A stretch of DNA of 64,000 bases, from contig OZ252213.1 in assembly GCA_965249045.1 (NCBI GenBank), positions 201,329 through 265,328 on the forward strand, in the 5' to 3' direction. The stretch is from Thermodesulfobacteriota bacterium. Lineage in GTDB: Bacteria > Desulfobacterota_D > UBA1144 > Nemesobacterales > Nemesobacteraceae. A model generated the notes under the pieces. That model was not told where the DNA came from and did not search any database. It saw nothing but the letters and a program-made list of their open reading frames with translations. The translations under genes were made by a program, and so were the position numbers. Of this stretch, positions 1-9,948 are shown piece by piece (positions within the stretch are counted from its first letter, which is position 1; the number at the start of each line of letters is the position of its first letter).

Positions 1-1510
1 GCGCGCCAAGGCCGGAATTGATATCAAAGACGCGACCATTCTCGCCAACCCGTACCTTCTCTATGAACTGACACGCCTTACCGTCGACCCCGTCAGTGTC
101 TGGACCGTTGACCGTGGTGTCTTTCCGGATGAGGTCGTCCGAGAGAAGCACCCTCTTCCAGAACCGTCGGCTTTGGATGCCGGAACGGATGCCCGCAGGA
201 TTCGTGCGTTTACGGTCAAGGTTCTTGAAGATGAGGCCGCCGCAGGCAATACTCTCCTTCCTCAGGATCAGGTGGTCCTCGGCGTCCGAGCACTCACTCT
301 CCAGCCGCCTTGCAATGTGGATGCTGACCTGATGAATGTCGCTAAGGATGATTTTGGGAATGCTGTCGGCGAACTCTCCATGGCCAACCACGCTCCAGCC
401 CTCCAGCTGGGCAGGCTGACGGAGATGGGAAAGACTATCCGCACGGCGGTAGAAAAGCGCGGCAAGGGCAAACGCCTCACCGTCACGGCCGATTGGCGAG
501 AGATGCTTGACAAACATCTCTCTACCCAGTCGACCGGAAAACCCGATGAACTGGAAGAAAATGCCCGAAAGGAAAAGACAGAGGCACTTACCGAACTCGC
601 AGAGGCGCGACTCTCCGTCCTAATCGGTCCGGCCGGTACTGGCAAGACTACCTTGCTCTCGGTCCTCTGTTCTCACCCGGAAGTCGAAGCGGGTGGAATC
701 CTGCTGCTCGCACCCACCGGAAAAGCCAGAGTGCGCATGGAGCAGTTCACTAAGGGCCTCAATCTCAGGGGCTACACCATCGCCCAGTTTCTAAGCCAGC
801 GACACCGCTATGATAACGCTACCGGCCGCTATCACCTTTCGGACAAACCAACCGAAGCTGGTGCGCGTACGGTTATCATTGACGAGGCTTCAATGCTGAC
901 CGAAGAAATGCTCGCGGCGCTGATCCAAGCGCTCAAGGGCGTGCACAGGCTCGTTCTCATCGGCGACCCACGCCAGCTCCCGCCGATCGGCGCCGGCCGC
1001 CCGTTTGTTGACATCGTTAAACACCTCGCGCCGGAAGGCGTCACCGAGAAATTCCCGCGCGTCGGTCCCGGTTACGCCGAATTGACCATCCGCCGGCGAC
1101 AAAGAAGCGAAGAGCGCGAAGACCTTCAGTTCGCCGAGTGGTTCAGCGGCTCACCAATCGCAGCAGGTGAGGATGACGTTTTTGACAAGGTAGTAGGTAC
1201 CGGCAAAAGCCCTCATATCAGTTTCGTTCAGTGGGAGACCGCCGACGATATGCGCTTGCACCTCATTGACATACTGGTAAGCGAACTGAAACTCCCCGAC
1301 GGTACGTCGGCTCTTAAAGGAGTTGACGACATCGCCGGCTTCGATTCTACGCTCGGAGGCAAGGATTGGAACGGCATGCGCTTCTTTAATCCCCGCAAAG
1401 GCGAAAATGCCGGTGCAGCGGAGATGTCCGAGGGCTGGCAGATACTTTCGCCGGTACGGTCGGCAGCCCTCGGCGTGCCCGATTTGAACCGCTTCATTCA
1501 CCCTAATTCT
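1..1510 (+). pseudogene. RecD-like SF1 helicase, N-terminal part (AAA_30 domain); ORF open to window start; gene interrupted by an IS insertion
   Basis: Walker A LIGPAGTGKTTLLS and Walker B/motif II VIIDEASML. LVLIGDPRQLPPIGAG is the RecD/Dda-type motif III. There is no stop in frame back to position 2. The TAG stop at 1511 is supplied by the IS end. Confidence 0.75.
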
Positions 1511-1539
1511 TAGGATAGTTGTCGCATTTTTTGAATTTT

Positions 1540-1573
1540 CAAGTTTCCAGAAATTTAAATTTCTGGAAACTTG
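1540..1573. promoter_or_regulatory. 34-bp perfect palindrome CAAGTTTCCAGAAATTTAAATTTCTGGAAACTTG upstream of IS orfA
   Basis: Read directly from the sequence. It lies between the left IR and the orfA SD (caggagga). It is a likely transposase/regulator binding site or translation-control hairpin. Confidence 0.5.
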
Positions 1574-1592
1574 AAACAGGAGGACAACTAAA

Positions 1593-2090
1593 ATGAAAAA
1601 GTACAGTTATGAGTTCAAGACCCAGGCCGTTGAGAAAGCTTTGAACCGAGGTGAAGCGCCGCTGCGTTCCGTGGCTCTGCATCTCGGCGTAGATCATTCT
1701 ACTCTGCGAAGGTGGATATCTCAGTTTGAGAATCAATCTTGTCAGGAGCAGATCATGAGCAAAGAAAAAACACCCCAGTCATGGACCCCGGAGCAGAAAC
1801 TGGAGATCGTTATCGCGTGTGAATCCATGGACGAGGGACGGATAAGCGCCCATTGCAGAGAACATGGCGTCTACCCCCATCATGTGAAGCAGTGGAAGAG
1901 GGAGATCCTGAAATTAATGTCGACCTCGCCAGGAACCGCGAATCCTGCTCAGCTAAAGCAGCTCAGAGAGGAGAACAAATCCCTCAGGAAGGAGCTGGGC
2001 AGAAAGGAAAAAGCTCTGGCCGAAACTGCGGCGCTTCTCGTTCTTAAAAAAAAAGCCGGGCAGATATGGGGAACAAGCGAGGACGACTGA
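1593..2090 (+). CDS. IS3-family transposase OrfA (HTH)
   Basis: MKKYSYEFKTQAVE...LGVDHSTLRRWISQF HTH, followed by a leucine-zipper-like C-terminus, which is the typical IS3 OrfA layout. Confidence 0.8.
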   Translation: MKKYSYEFKTQAVEKALNRGEAPLRSVALHLGVDHSTLRRWISQFENQSCQEQIMSKEKTPQSWTPEQKLEIVIACESMDEGRISAHCREHGVYPHHVKQWKREILKLMSTSPGTANPAQLKQLREENKSLRKELGRKEKALAETAALLVLKKKAGQIWGTSEDD

Positions 2091-3124
2091 CCGTGTGTGA
2101 TGAACGTGAACAGATAATCGCTTCGGTAAAAGAAGCTGTCGGTTCGGGAGCCCGTCTGGGCGCCGCGTGCGAAATTGTGGGGATAAACGCAAGGACTTAC
2201 CTGCGATGGAGCAAGCCGGACAATACTCATGACGGGCGTACAGATGCCCGTCATGAACCTCCGAACAAGCTTGGGGAAGAGGAGAGAGAAAAGATCGTAG
2301 AGGTCGTCAACAGCCCGCAGTACGCGGACATGCCTCCCTCGAAGATAGTGCCTCTGCTGGCCGATTCCGGCCAGTACCTGGCCAGTGAGTCCACGTTTTA
2401 CAAAGTGCTGAGGGAGAAGGGACAATTATCCCATCGCCACAAGTCAAAACCCAGTACAGGAGGCAAACCCCGCGGTCTGTGCGCCACCGCTCCCAACCGT
2501 GTCTACAGTTGGGACATAACTTATCTGCCGACTTGCGTTGGGGGCATGTTCTTTTACCTGTACATGGTGATGGACATATACAGCAGGAAGATCGTAGGCT
2601 GGCAGGTGCACAAGCGGGAATCAAGCGAGCTTGCGGCCGATCTGATGACCGATATCTGTTTGAGAGAAGGCGTGGAGCGCGGGGAGGTCACTCTGCACTC
2701 CGACAACGGCGGGGCCATGAAAGGGGCCACGCTGCTTGTGACCTTACAGAAGCTCGGAGTGGTTCGGTCTGCGAGCCGTCCGGGGGTGAGCAGCGACAAC
2801 GCGTATTCGGAATCATTGTTTCGGACTTTGAAATACGTGCCGTATTACCCACAGCGGCCCTTTGAGGATATCGTGGAGGCTCGCCGGTGGGTGGAGGGGT
2901 TTGTCGGCTGGTACAACGAGGCTCATCTGCACAGCGGGATCAAGTTCGTAACCCCTTCGCAGCGTCATGAGGGTCTGGACAAGGAGATATTGTCCAGACG
3001 GGACGAGGTGTACAAGGAGGCGAAGAGGAAGAACCCGATTCGCTGGTCTCGGCAGACGCGAAACTGGTCACAGGTAAAGGAGGTATGGCTTAACCCTGAT
3101 CAGAGAAAGGACAAAGCTGCTTGA
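2066..3124 (+). CDS. IS3-family transposase OrfB (DDE/rve integrase core), expressed by -1 frameshift from OrfA
   Basis: DDE motifs WDITYLP, MDIYSRKIVGW, HSDNGG and YNEAHLHSGIKFVTP. It is in the -1 frame relative to orfA and overlaps the A-run. Confidence 0.8.
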   Translation: MGNKRGRLTVCDEREQIIASVKEAVGSGARLGAACEIVGINARTYLRWSKPDNTHDGRTDARHEPPNKLGEEEREKIVEVVNSPQYADMPPSKIVPLLADSGQYLASESTFYKVLREKGQLSHRHKSKPSTGGKPRGLCATAPNRVYSWDITYLPTCVGGMFFYLYMVMDIYSRKIVGWQVHKRESSELAADLMTDICLREGVERGEVTLHSDNGGAMKGATLLVTLQKLGVVRSASRPGVSSDNAYSESLFRTLKYVPYYPQRPFEDIVEARRWVEGFVGWYNEAHLHSGIKFVTPSQRHEGLDKEILSRRDEVYKEAKRKNPIRWSRQTRNWSQVKEVWLNPDQRKDKAA

Positions 3125-3212
3125 TGAATGACTATGATTATGAGATTGGAGAGAACTTCAGAGGAGGTGCAAACCAGGGCGCGTCATGTTATAATTTGCG
3201 ACAACTATCCTA

Positions 3213-4220
3213 AAAAACACCGTTCACAAGCAGTTCCGCCAAGCGATGATCGACGCCTCACGCAAGGAGGGGTGGCGGCGCAAGCATCCTAAACCCATGG
3301 GGTCCGAGGAGATCGTCTACGGCGACAAGGTCATTAATCTTGTCAACACTGACCCTAAGCTTTCACGAAACAAGCATCGCAAGGTTTACCCGGAGAAGGA
3401 TTCCGCCTATATCGCCAACGGTGAGATCGGTATGGTTGTCGGTTTCTTCAGAAAGAAAGGAGCTCCGGACCTGCGCTGGAAACTTGAGGTCGAGTTTTCT
3501 TCGCAACCCGGCTTCAAGTATGACTTCACCAGTCGCGATTTTGGGGAAGAAGGAAATCCTGTCCTTGAACTTGCCTATGCGCTAACTGTGCACAAATCCC
3601 AAGGCAGCGAGTTCGGCACGGTCATCCTCGTGCTGCCGAACCCGTGCCGCCTGCTCTCGCGCGAACTGCTCTATACTGCTCTCACGCGCCAAAAGGATCG
3701 CATCATCATTCTGCACCAAGGACTGCGCACCGAGTTGCGCAAGTATTCCTCGGACGACCGCTCCGAAACTGCACGGCGCCTGACCAATCTCTTTGTCGCG
3801 CCGTCACCTGTCGAGATCAATGGCCTCTTTTTCGAGAGCTACCTGATCCACCGCACCTCGCGCGGCGAAATGGTACGCTCAAAGTCTGAAGTCATCATCG
3901 CGGACCATCTTGCCAACAATGGCATCGAGTACGGCTACGAGCAGCCGCTCACTATCAAGGGCACCACAAAGTACCCCGACTTCACTATTGAGGACATGGA
4001 AGCGGGGTTAACGTTCTACTGGGAGCACTGCGGGATGCTGCATGTGCAAAGCTACCGTAGCCGATGGGAAGAGAAACTCCAATGGTATAGAACCCACGGC
4101 ATTTTACCGCAGGAAGATGGAGGCGGCGAGAACGGCATATTGATCGTTACGCGCGACGAGGCAAATGGAAGCATAGATTCCTCCAAAATCACCGCGCTCA
4201 TCACAGACTTGTTAACTTGA
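3213..4220 (+). pseudogene. RecD-like helicase C-terminal part (UvrD_C_2-type motif TVHKSQGSE) fused to a C-terminal PD-(D/E)xK/Vsr-like nuclease-like module
   Basis: LAYALTVHKSQGSEFGTVILVLP is helicase motif V/VI. The C-terminus carries YPDFTIED...FYWEHCGM. The frame is continuous with the N-terminal fragment once the IS is removed. Confidence 0.7.
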
Positions 4221-4226
4221 TGTTCT

Positions 4227-5210
4227 CTATGCTTTCTTTTTGTGCTTGAATGGACCATCCCCTATTACAGCCCCGATGCGTTCTTCAAGCTTTTCCCGCA
4301 GTTCCTCTGGATTTTTCCAAACAATATGGTTGTATTGACGCGTGTCAAAATGAATCCTCTTCAATGCATTTTTACGGCATGTGAATATCACCGGGATATT
4401 GAGCCCATGCGCAAAACCCGCTTCATAATAAACCCCACCTCGAGCTCCTCTCCTTCCATGTGTGAAGTCCGCCACAATAAAACGGGAGCGACGGATTTCA
4501 GCTATGATCTTGTCGTCTATTTTGTCCACATGCTCTTCTTTATCAATTCGCATCGGTGTGTATCCGGTGTTCTCAATCGCAGGCTTGATCCCGTCTTCCC
4601 AGACAGGGACCATCGAGTCATCAAACCACATAGCCACAAAAGCCTGTGACGAATCAATAATAGTCTGTTCAAGTTCAGCCAAGTGGACGTAACCACCTAC
4701 AGTTAAGCGATATGTTGGGGGTGATCCTCGGTTTGTTCTTTCAATCCAGCCTTGGTCACAAAGATAATCCACAAAAAAATCTGTTTCTTCTCCTTGAATA
4801 GATTCTGACCATGCCATAATCTGCGACAAGTACTCAGAATTTTCTTCCATATGCACACTGTATTCGAAAAGCTTTCCAGGGTATCGGGTTCTTCTCTGAA
4901 AATATCTAAGAAGTCTGTCTGCCCGCTCAAATACAGATAAAGGTTGCCGTTCTGAAGCTTCTTTAATTTTGATCCCTGTCATCTTCGGACATTCTACGCC
5001 CAGCAACTTCTGTTCAATAAGCCACGAGGTAAGGCGAGCTTTAACTCGATCGTCATAGCGCCCTAATCTAATATCCGTTGCAATCTCTTGGCGAATAAAA
5101 TATTCGCCACCGGCACGTGGCGAATTCACCCAAAGCATCCATTCACTAGAATATTCACAAGTAGCCGGCGTCTTCCAGATAGGACACTTTTCTGTATGAT
5201 TTGAGTTCAT
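4227..5210 (-). CDS. Two-domain protein: N-terminal region with a winged-helix-like segment plus C-terminal nucleoside 2-deoxyribosyltransferase-like / SLOG (TIR-like) domain
   Basis: C-terminus: FVAMWFDDS...FIVADFT...GGVYYEAGFAHGLNIPVIF. This matches the NDT-like pattern with the conserved Glu in a G-x-x-x-E-x-G-x-A context. It is AT-rich and co-directional with herA and sir2. Confidence 0.5.
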   Translation of the reverse strand: MNSNHTEKCPIWKTPATCEYSSEWMLWVNSPRAGGEYFIRQEIATDIRLGRYDDRVKARLTSWLIEQKLLGVECPKMTGIKIKEASERQPLSVFERADRLLRYFQRRTRYPGKLFEYSVHMEENSEYLSQIMAWSESIQGEETDFFVDYLCDQGWIERTNRGSPPTYRLTVGGYVHLAELEQTIIDSSQAFVAMWFDDSMVPVWEDGIKPAIENTGYTPMRIDKEEHVDKIDDKIIAEIRRSRFIVADFTHGRRGARGGVYYEAGFAHGLNIPVIFTCRKNALKRIHFDTRQYNHIVWKNPEELREKLEERIGAVIGDGPFKHKKKA

Positions 5211-5252
5211 AATATTCCCAGCCTCCCAAGCTTATCAAAGTAGTTTAAGGGT

Positions 5253-5338
5253 TTTTCGCAAATTGGATTTTGGCAATCATTCTCAATACTATAATGTGGC
5301 ATTTCTTCCTGAATTTGCGAAAGATTTAAGACATTATC
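5253..5338. promoter_or_regulatory. Putative promoter/operator region: 11-bp inverted repeat TTTCGCAAATT/AATTTGCGAAA (5253-5263 / 5311-5321) plus a 28-bp motif repeated at 14194
   Basis: Read directly from the sequence. It lies 100-130 bp upstream of the 4227-5210 gene start on the minus strand. Confidence 0.35.
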
Positions 5339-5479
5339 GGACTTCCCTCTGATCTAGGACAACTGGCGAAAAAACTGCGCATTCAACATCGAATCGTTTC
5401 ACTGACGTAAAGACGGTTTGATATTAAGTCTCTATACCGGTCCACTTCTGAATTCTGTTTAATCTCCTGGTGAAGCGTT

Positions 5480-7519
5480 TTAAATAGTACTCGTGGAAGG
5501 TTGCTGCCAATCTTTAGCAATCATATCCCAGTCTATTGATCTATCTCGCTCTCGTGACCAAACATCCCAGAAGTCAGGATCATCCGAATGAGGACGCTGG
5601 TGGTCTTCTAGGTCATTCATTCTGATCATAATTGGCAATTCTGAAGCCCACCCAAGCAATATTGCCTGTTGCGTAGGTAAAGAAGGAAGTTCACGGAGCA
5701 ATCCATGCAAGTTGTCTGGAACAAGTCTGTGTATCAACTCCTGATCTCTATCATTACTCACTCTATGCAGCAGAAAACTATTACATTGAGATAGTACTGT
5801 TGGAGAAAGCTCAGAAGGCCGTTGGGACGACAGGACCAAGCCTAACCCGAACTTGCGCCCTTCACGTGAGATTCTTTCAAACATCTGGCAACAGACTGAG
5901 GCAGCACTTGGGTTTTCCAAGTCTTCTTTGTATCGCCTAACAAATATATGCGCTTCCTCCATAACTAAAACGGTTGGTAGCGACTTTTCGTTTAATTTTC
6001 TGTAACGTTGCAACGCTTCAAAGACCATGCGTGCTATAACGGCGGTAACCAAATGAATTATCTCAGTTGGAACCAAAGAGAGGTTTATAACGGTAACACA
6101 ACCATTCTCTGCGTCGTTCTTTCCTATATACTTCTCAAGCCAAGAGTCCAAGGAAGAATTCTCATAATCGCCTATTATGTTCTTCATATTAGTATCCGCT
6201 AACATAGTTCGGATTCGCTCCAAGAGAAACTCGATATATTGTTCATTTCCTGTTTCCTGACCCAAAACTTCAAGGTAATTAACGAAAACCTCTCCTTCAA
6301 ACTCAGTTGGAACATCCTCGCTTTTCGGTAACAATTCTTGCTCTGCCCCACCAAAGGAATTGAAAGCCTCTGTTATTTTGTCAATCATAGCCGTGATCTC
6401 GCCTATATTAGAGGTATAATCAGGGTGCGGTCTCTCGCGGTTAGATTTGTAAATATGCAAGCATGATTCCAGACTATCAAGCCTCCGGTCTTCCGATTCT
6501 AAGCGTGATTTTAAGTCCTCAACACTACTCAACCAGTTGCAGATTTTTTCGTAGAAACCTTTTGGCTTTGGAAAAGACCCCCAAGGAGAGCCGCTGTTTC
6601 TGTCGTGTTTCGCACTGAGCAGGATAGTCTTTAGAAATCTTTTTATCTCAATATCTGTTACCTCCGTTAATTCAAATTTTTCATTGCGCATTGCACGAAG
6701 TGCTTTCCTCAAGAGAGGTGCTTGTGCTCTTGAGCTGGCTTGCGCAAAGGAACGCCACTCAGCACTATTCCAAAACCAAAGCGGAACCTTCAGCGGATTG
6801 TTATTATTCCCCACTTCAAAAACTCTTCCTTTTTCTCCAAATACTTTTGCATGTTCGCCATTTGGGTCGAGAATAATGAATCTTGCATTTGGTTCTTTCT
6901 GTTGATCTTCCATATTTTCCCTGACGGAATTTAACGACCATTGAATCAGCCCCGCTACAGAACATGATTTACCACTTCCCGTATTTCCAAGCACGGCAAG
7001 ATGACGCCCAAACAGGCGATCGGGATCAACACATACATCAGCGTTAGCTGCCATAGGGCTTGTACCGATCTTGACTCTTCTCTTCTCGCCGGATTCAACA
7101 ATTGCTCGAAGTTGATCATCCGTTGGAATCAGTACGGATTCTCCAGCACTAGGAAATGTGTGAACACCGCGCTTAAATGAGAATTCGTCGCCGTTCTTGG
7201 TCAGAATTCCCAAAGGATTCACGCGCATTTTCCTCAAAGGAAATGGCAAGTCTACAAGCCCGTAATCATGAAAACCTTTACGTTTTGGAAACGGGGACCG
7301 CTCAATAGCTATCCATTCTACTTGCGCAACTATGTATCCAGACTCGGTAGCGACTAGAACATAGCTGTTGATGCGAGGGAACGCCCTTGGGATACCGGCA
7401 TTAGCCGCTAGGCCGTCGGGTGCTTCCAAATCAAGACTAACTTTAATCTCATTGGGTGCTACAAATTCAACTGTCCCAATACGAAGGGAGGCGGAATATT
7501 CAACAGGAGATATGCTCAT
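5480..7519 (-). CDS. herA: HerA-like FtsK/HerA-family ATPase (DUF87), partner of SIR2 in the SIR2-HerA antiphage system
   Basis: Walker A AVLGNTGSGKS and Walker B TVLVMEEAH, with an N-terminal HerA barrel-like region. It overlaps sir2 by 4 bp. Confidence 0.8.
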   Translation of the reverse strand: MSISPVEYSASLRIGTVEFVAPNEIKVSLDLEAPDGLAANAGIPRAFPRINSYVLVATESGYIVAQVEWIAIERSPFPKRKGFHDYGLVDLPFPLRKMRVNPLGILTKNGDEFSFKRGVHTFPSAGESVLIPTDDQLRAIVESGEKRRVKIGTSPMAANADVCVDPDRLFGRHLAVLGNTGSGKSCSVAGLIQWSLNSVRENMEDQQKEPNARFIILDPNGEHAKVFGEKGRVFEVGNNNNPLKVPLWFWNSAEWRSFAQASSRAQAPLLRKALRAMRNEKFELTEVTDIEIKRFLKTILLSAKHDRNSGSPWGSFPKPKGFYEKICNWLSSVEDLKSRLESEDRRLDSLESCLHIYKSNRERPHPDYTSNIGEITAMIDKITEAFNSFGGAEQELLPKSEDVPTEFEGEVFVNYLEVLGQETGNEQYIEFLLERIRTMLADTNMKNIIGDYENSSLDSWLEKYIGKNDAENGCVTVINLSLVPTEIIHLVTAVIARMVFEALQRYRKLNEKSLPTVLVMEEAHIFVRRYKEDLENPSAASVCCQMFERISREGRKFGLGLVLSSQRPSELSPTVLSQCNSFLLHRVSNDRDQELIHRLVPDNLHGLLRELPSLPTQQAILLGWASELPIMIRMNDLEDHQRPHSDDPDFWDVWSRERDRSIDWDMIAKDWQQPSTSTI

Positions 7520-8832
7520 GTTTCTTCGTCTTCATTATCTTTTTCATCTTTATCGCTATGTGGAGCAGCGAGGCCGCGAGCTTTGAGCAAGTCGACCATT
7601 TTAATAGTAGTTCTGTCAATGGCAGGTTTTGGTAAGTAGTTGTCTATTAGAGTTTTTAGGTCACCAAAATGATTGCCAATTAATAGCGATATTTGGGCAG
7701 ATCTTTTTACTTTCTCATAAAACCGCTTAATTCGACCACCCCTATCATTAAAGCTAATGATTACTAAATGAGTTGAAGGAATAGTAAGCATATCTGCGAT
7801 GACCCGATTGATATGCTCATCACCAAAACCGTAACCGTAAACAACAACTGTCGAATTTGCGCGGCAAACTGAAGCCGCAAAATCCCTGAAAAGTTCGACA
7901 TACGGGTACTCCGTTGTTTCCCTGTCTTTTGCAGCATTAGGATAAATTAGAAGTCTTGCACACTCATCCATGTAATCGCCGATATTTTCAGCGCCGTATG
8001 GAAGTGCTACCCTGCGAACCACTCCGTCTTGGAACGTCCAATCTAATGAACCATGAAGCTTGGAAAAATGCACTACTCCTTCCAGATATCTAGGTTCGCC
8101 TCGAATTCCCGGGGGATTGTAATGCATGTCCACCTGAACCCTTGAGGATCGGAATACAGGGTTTACGATTCCAACAAATCTATCAATCAAACGAATACCT
8201 GCCAATTCCGACCCATATTCAATAATGCGGTCGTAGTTTGTTGTATAGATATTGAGACGTTCTCTCGTAGCCGAGCGACTAGCGAGGCTAATTAAAAAAC
8301 TCATTAGATATTCCGCTGCTTCTTCCGATTTTGGGGACTTGACTATATTTCTTTCGCATTCAAGAACCGCATTAGCGAATTTCTCCAAGCCATTATCCAG
8401 TTCTTCTTGCAGTTTCTTAAGATCCTTTTGGATTTCTTCGTTTCTGGAACTCTCACCAGAAGTATATATTTCCATCCCTCTTATCAACTCATTGCAGACT
8501 CGAATTTGATCTTCAATGTTCGGTTCACCCCGGCCTGAGTTTTCCGCGCTGCTCCTTGCTGCTTGGCTGATTTGATTTTGAAATACTGAAAACGGTATTT
8601 CATCCATATACTCTGCAGATTCTTCTCGCGCTAATTGGTGCGTCGCGGATGAGATGCCAGCCCCCAAGACTAGAGACAGGTGTTCACTCTGGAAAAGTGC
8701 GGTTAGCCATGGTTCTATTTCTACACGGAGTTTTTTGTTCTCTGGTTCATCAATCACTAATGGATGACGTTGGTCTCGAACTTTGTATAAATTACATTCT
8801 ACCCAGTTGTCAATGTTGCTATCCTTACTCAT
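7516..8832 (-). CDS. SIR2-family (SIR2_2/DSR-like) NADase-type protein of the SIR2-HerA defense system
   Basis: Motifs LVLGAGISSATH, YTTNYDRIIE, KLHGSLDW and GYGFGDEH, typical of the defense-associated SIR2_2 family. It is in an operon with herA. Confidence 0.8.
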   Translation of the reverse strand: MSKDSNIDNWVECNLYKVRDQRHPLVIDEPENKKLRVEIEPWLTALFQSEHLSLVLGAGISSATHQLAREESAEYMDEIPFSVFQNQISQAARSSAENSGRGEPNIEDQIRVCNELIRGMEIYTSGESSRNEEIQKDLKKLQEELDNGLEKFANAVLECERNIVKSPKSEEAAEYLMSFLISLASRSATRERLNIYTTNYDRIIEYGSELAGIRLIDRFVGIVNPVFRSSRVQVDMHYNPPGIRGEPRYLEGVVHFSKLHGSLDWTFQDGVVRRVALPYGAENIGDYMDECARLLIYPNAAKDRETTEYPYVELFRDFAASVCRANSTVVVYGYGFGDEHINRVIADMLTIPSTHLVIISFNDRGGRIKRFYEKVKRSAQISLLIGNHFGDLKTLIDNYLPKPAIDRTTIKMVDLLKARGLAAPHSDKDEKDNEDEET

Positions 8833-8862
8833 TGCTAAGTTCTTATACGCTACTTATCTATT

Positions 8863-9948
8863 ATTCGTGGTTTCAAGTACCAAATGCAACTTTTGAGATA
8901 GATTAAAAGGGTAAGTTGCGATAATCTTCACAACCCTCTTTTAACGACCAGATCAAAAGGAGCATTTGAATGAGAAGACCAAAGCAACTTACCCTGGTAC
9001 AAAGATACCAGATTGCCATTTTGCTGAAAGCAGGCCACAACCAGACCCAGACGGCAAAGCAGCTTGGCGTGCACAAGTCCACCATCAGCAGGGAACTGCG
9101 TCGCAATCGCGGCAAGCGGGGGTACCGTCCCAAGCAGGCCCAGAGATTTGCCGACGCGCGGCGTTTCTGTGTCCAAAGCCGCATCTCACAGCAAACCTGG
9201 CTTCGGGTGGAACAGTTGCTAAGAGAAGACTGGAGCCCTCAACAGATAAGTCACTGGCTTGGGGATAACGAGGGATTGGAGGTAAGCCACGAGAGTATCT
9301 ACCGATATGTAAAAGACGACAAGATGAGTGGAGGAGATCTCTACACGCATCTTCGCTGCCGCAGAAAGCGCAGGAAACGCTACGGGACCCCCTGGCTCAG
9401 GGGACATATCAAAAACCGCGTCCGCATTGATCAGCGTCCCGACGTGGTAGATAAACGCTTACGCATAGGAGACTGGGAAGCTGATACCCTTGTTGGTACA
9501 AGGAACAGAAGCAAGGTGCTTGCAACCCTTGCCGAACGCAAGTCTCGCTATTGCATGATAGTGGTCTGCGAGGACAGAAAGGCCAACTCCATCTCCCGGG
9601 CTATACTTTCAGGGGCAGAACCGATGCGTGAGAGCTTTATGACGGTGACGTGCGATAACGGCAAGGAGTTTGCGTCGCATGAAGAGCTCTCCAGCAAGCT
9701 TGGTGCTGACTGGTACTTTGCCCATCCTTACCACTCGTGGGAGCGGGGTCTTTGTGAGAACACAAACGGACTTATACGCCAGTACTTCCCAAAGGGAATG
9801 GACTTTGCGGCGCTGACGCAGGAAGATGCCAACAGAGTTATGGATAAATTGAACAACAGACCGAGGGAGTGTCTTGGATTCAAAACACCGAATCAGGTAT
9901 TCTTCGGAACCGACCCACCTGTTGCGTTTGGTACTTGAAACCACGAAT
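8863..9948 (+). mobile_element. IS30-family insertion sequence (1086 bp) with 19-bp terminal inverted repeats ATTCGTGGTTTCAAGTACC
   Basis: Inverted repeats at 8863-8881 and 9930-9948. It carries a single transposase ORF. It is inserted 30 bp upstream of the sir2 start codon. Confidence 0.8.
8970..9938 (+). CDS. IS30-family transposase (N-terminal HTH, C-terminal DDE)
   Basis: LTLVQRYQIAILLKAGHNQTQTAKQLGVHKSTISRELRRN HTH. DDE core with DWEADT and CDNGKEF. Confidence 0.8.
   Translation: MRRPKQLTLVQRYQIAILLKAGHNQTQTAKQLGVHKSTISRELRRNRGKRGYRPKQAQRFADARRFCVQSRISQQTWLRVEQLLREDWSPQQISHWLGDNEGLEVSHESIYRYVKDDKMSGGDLYTHLRCRRKRRKRYGTPWLRGHIKNRVRIDQRPDVVDKRLRIGDWEADTLVGTRNRSKVLATLAERKSRYCMIVVCEDRKANSISRAILSGAEPMRESFMTVTCDNGKEFASHEELSSKLGADWYFAHPYHSWERGLCENTNGLIRQYFPKGMDFAALTQEDANRVMDKLNNRPRECLGFKTPNQVFFGTDPPVAFGT

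Larger units (their letters stand above)
1511..3212 (+). mobile_element. IS3-family insertion sequence (~1.7 kb) with 17-bp terminal inverted repeats TTAGGATAGTTGTCGCA
   Basis: Inverted repeats at 1510-1526 and 3197-3213. It encodes orfA and orfB in a -1 frame relationship, with an A9G slippery run at 2046-2055. Removing 1511-3212 restores a continuous helicase reading frame. Confidence 0.8.
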
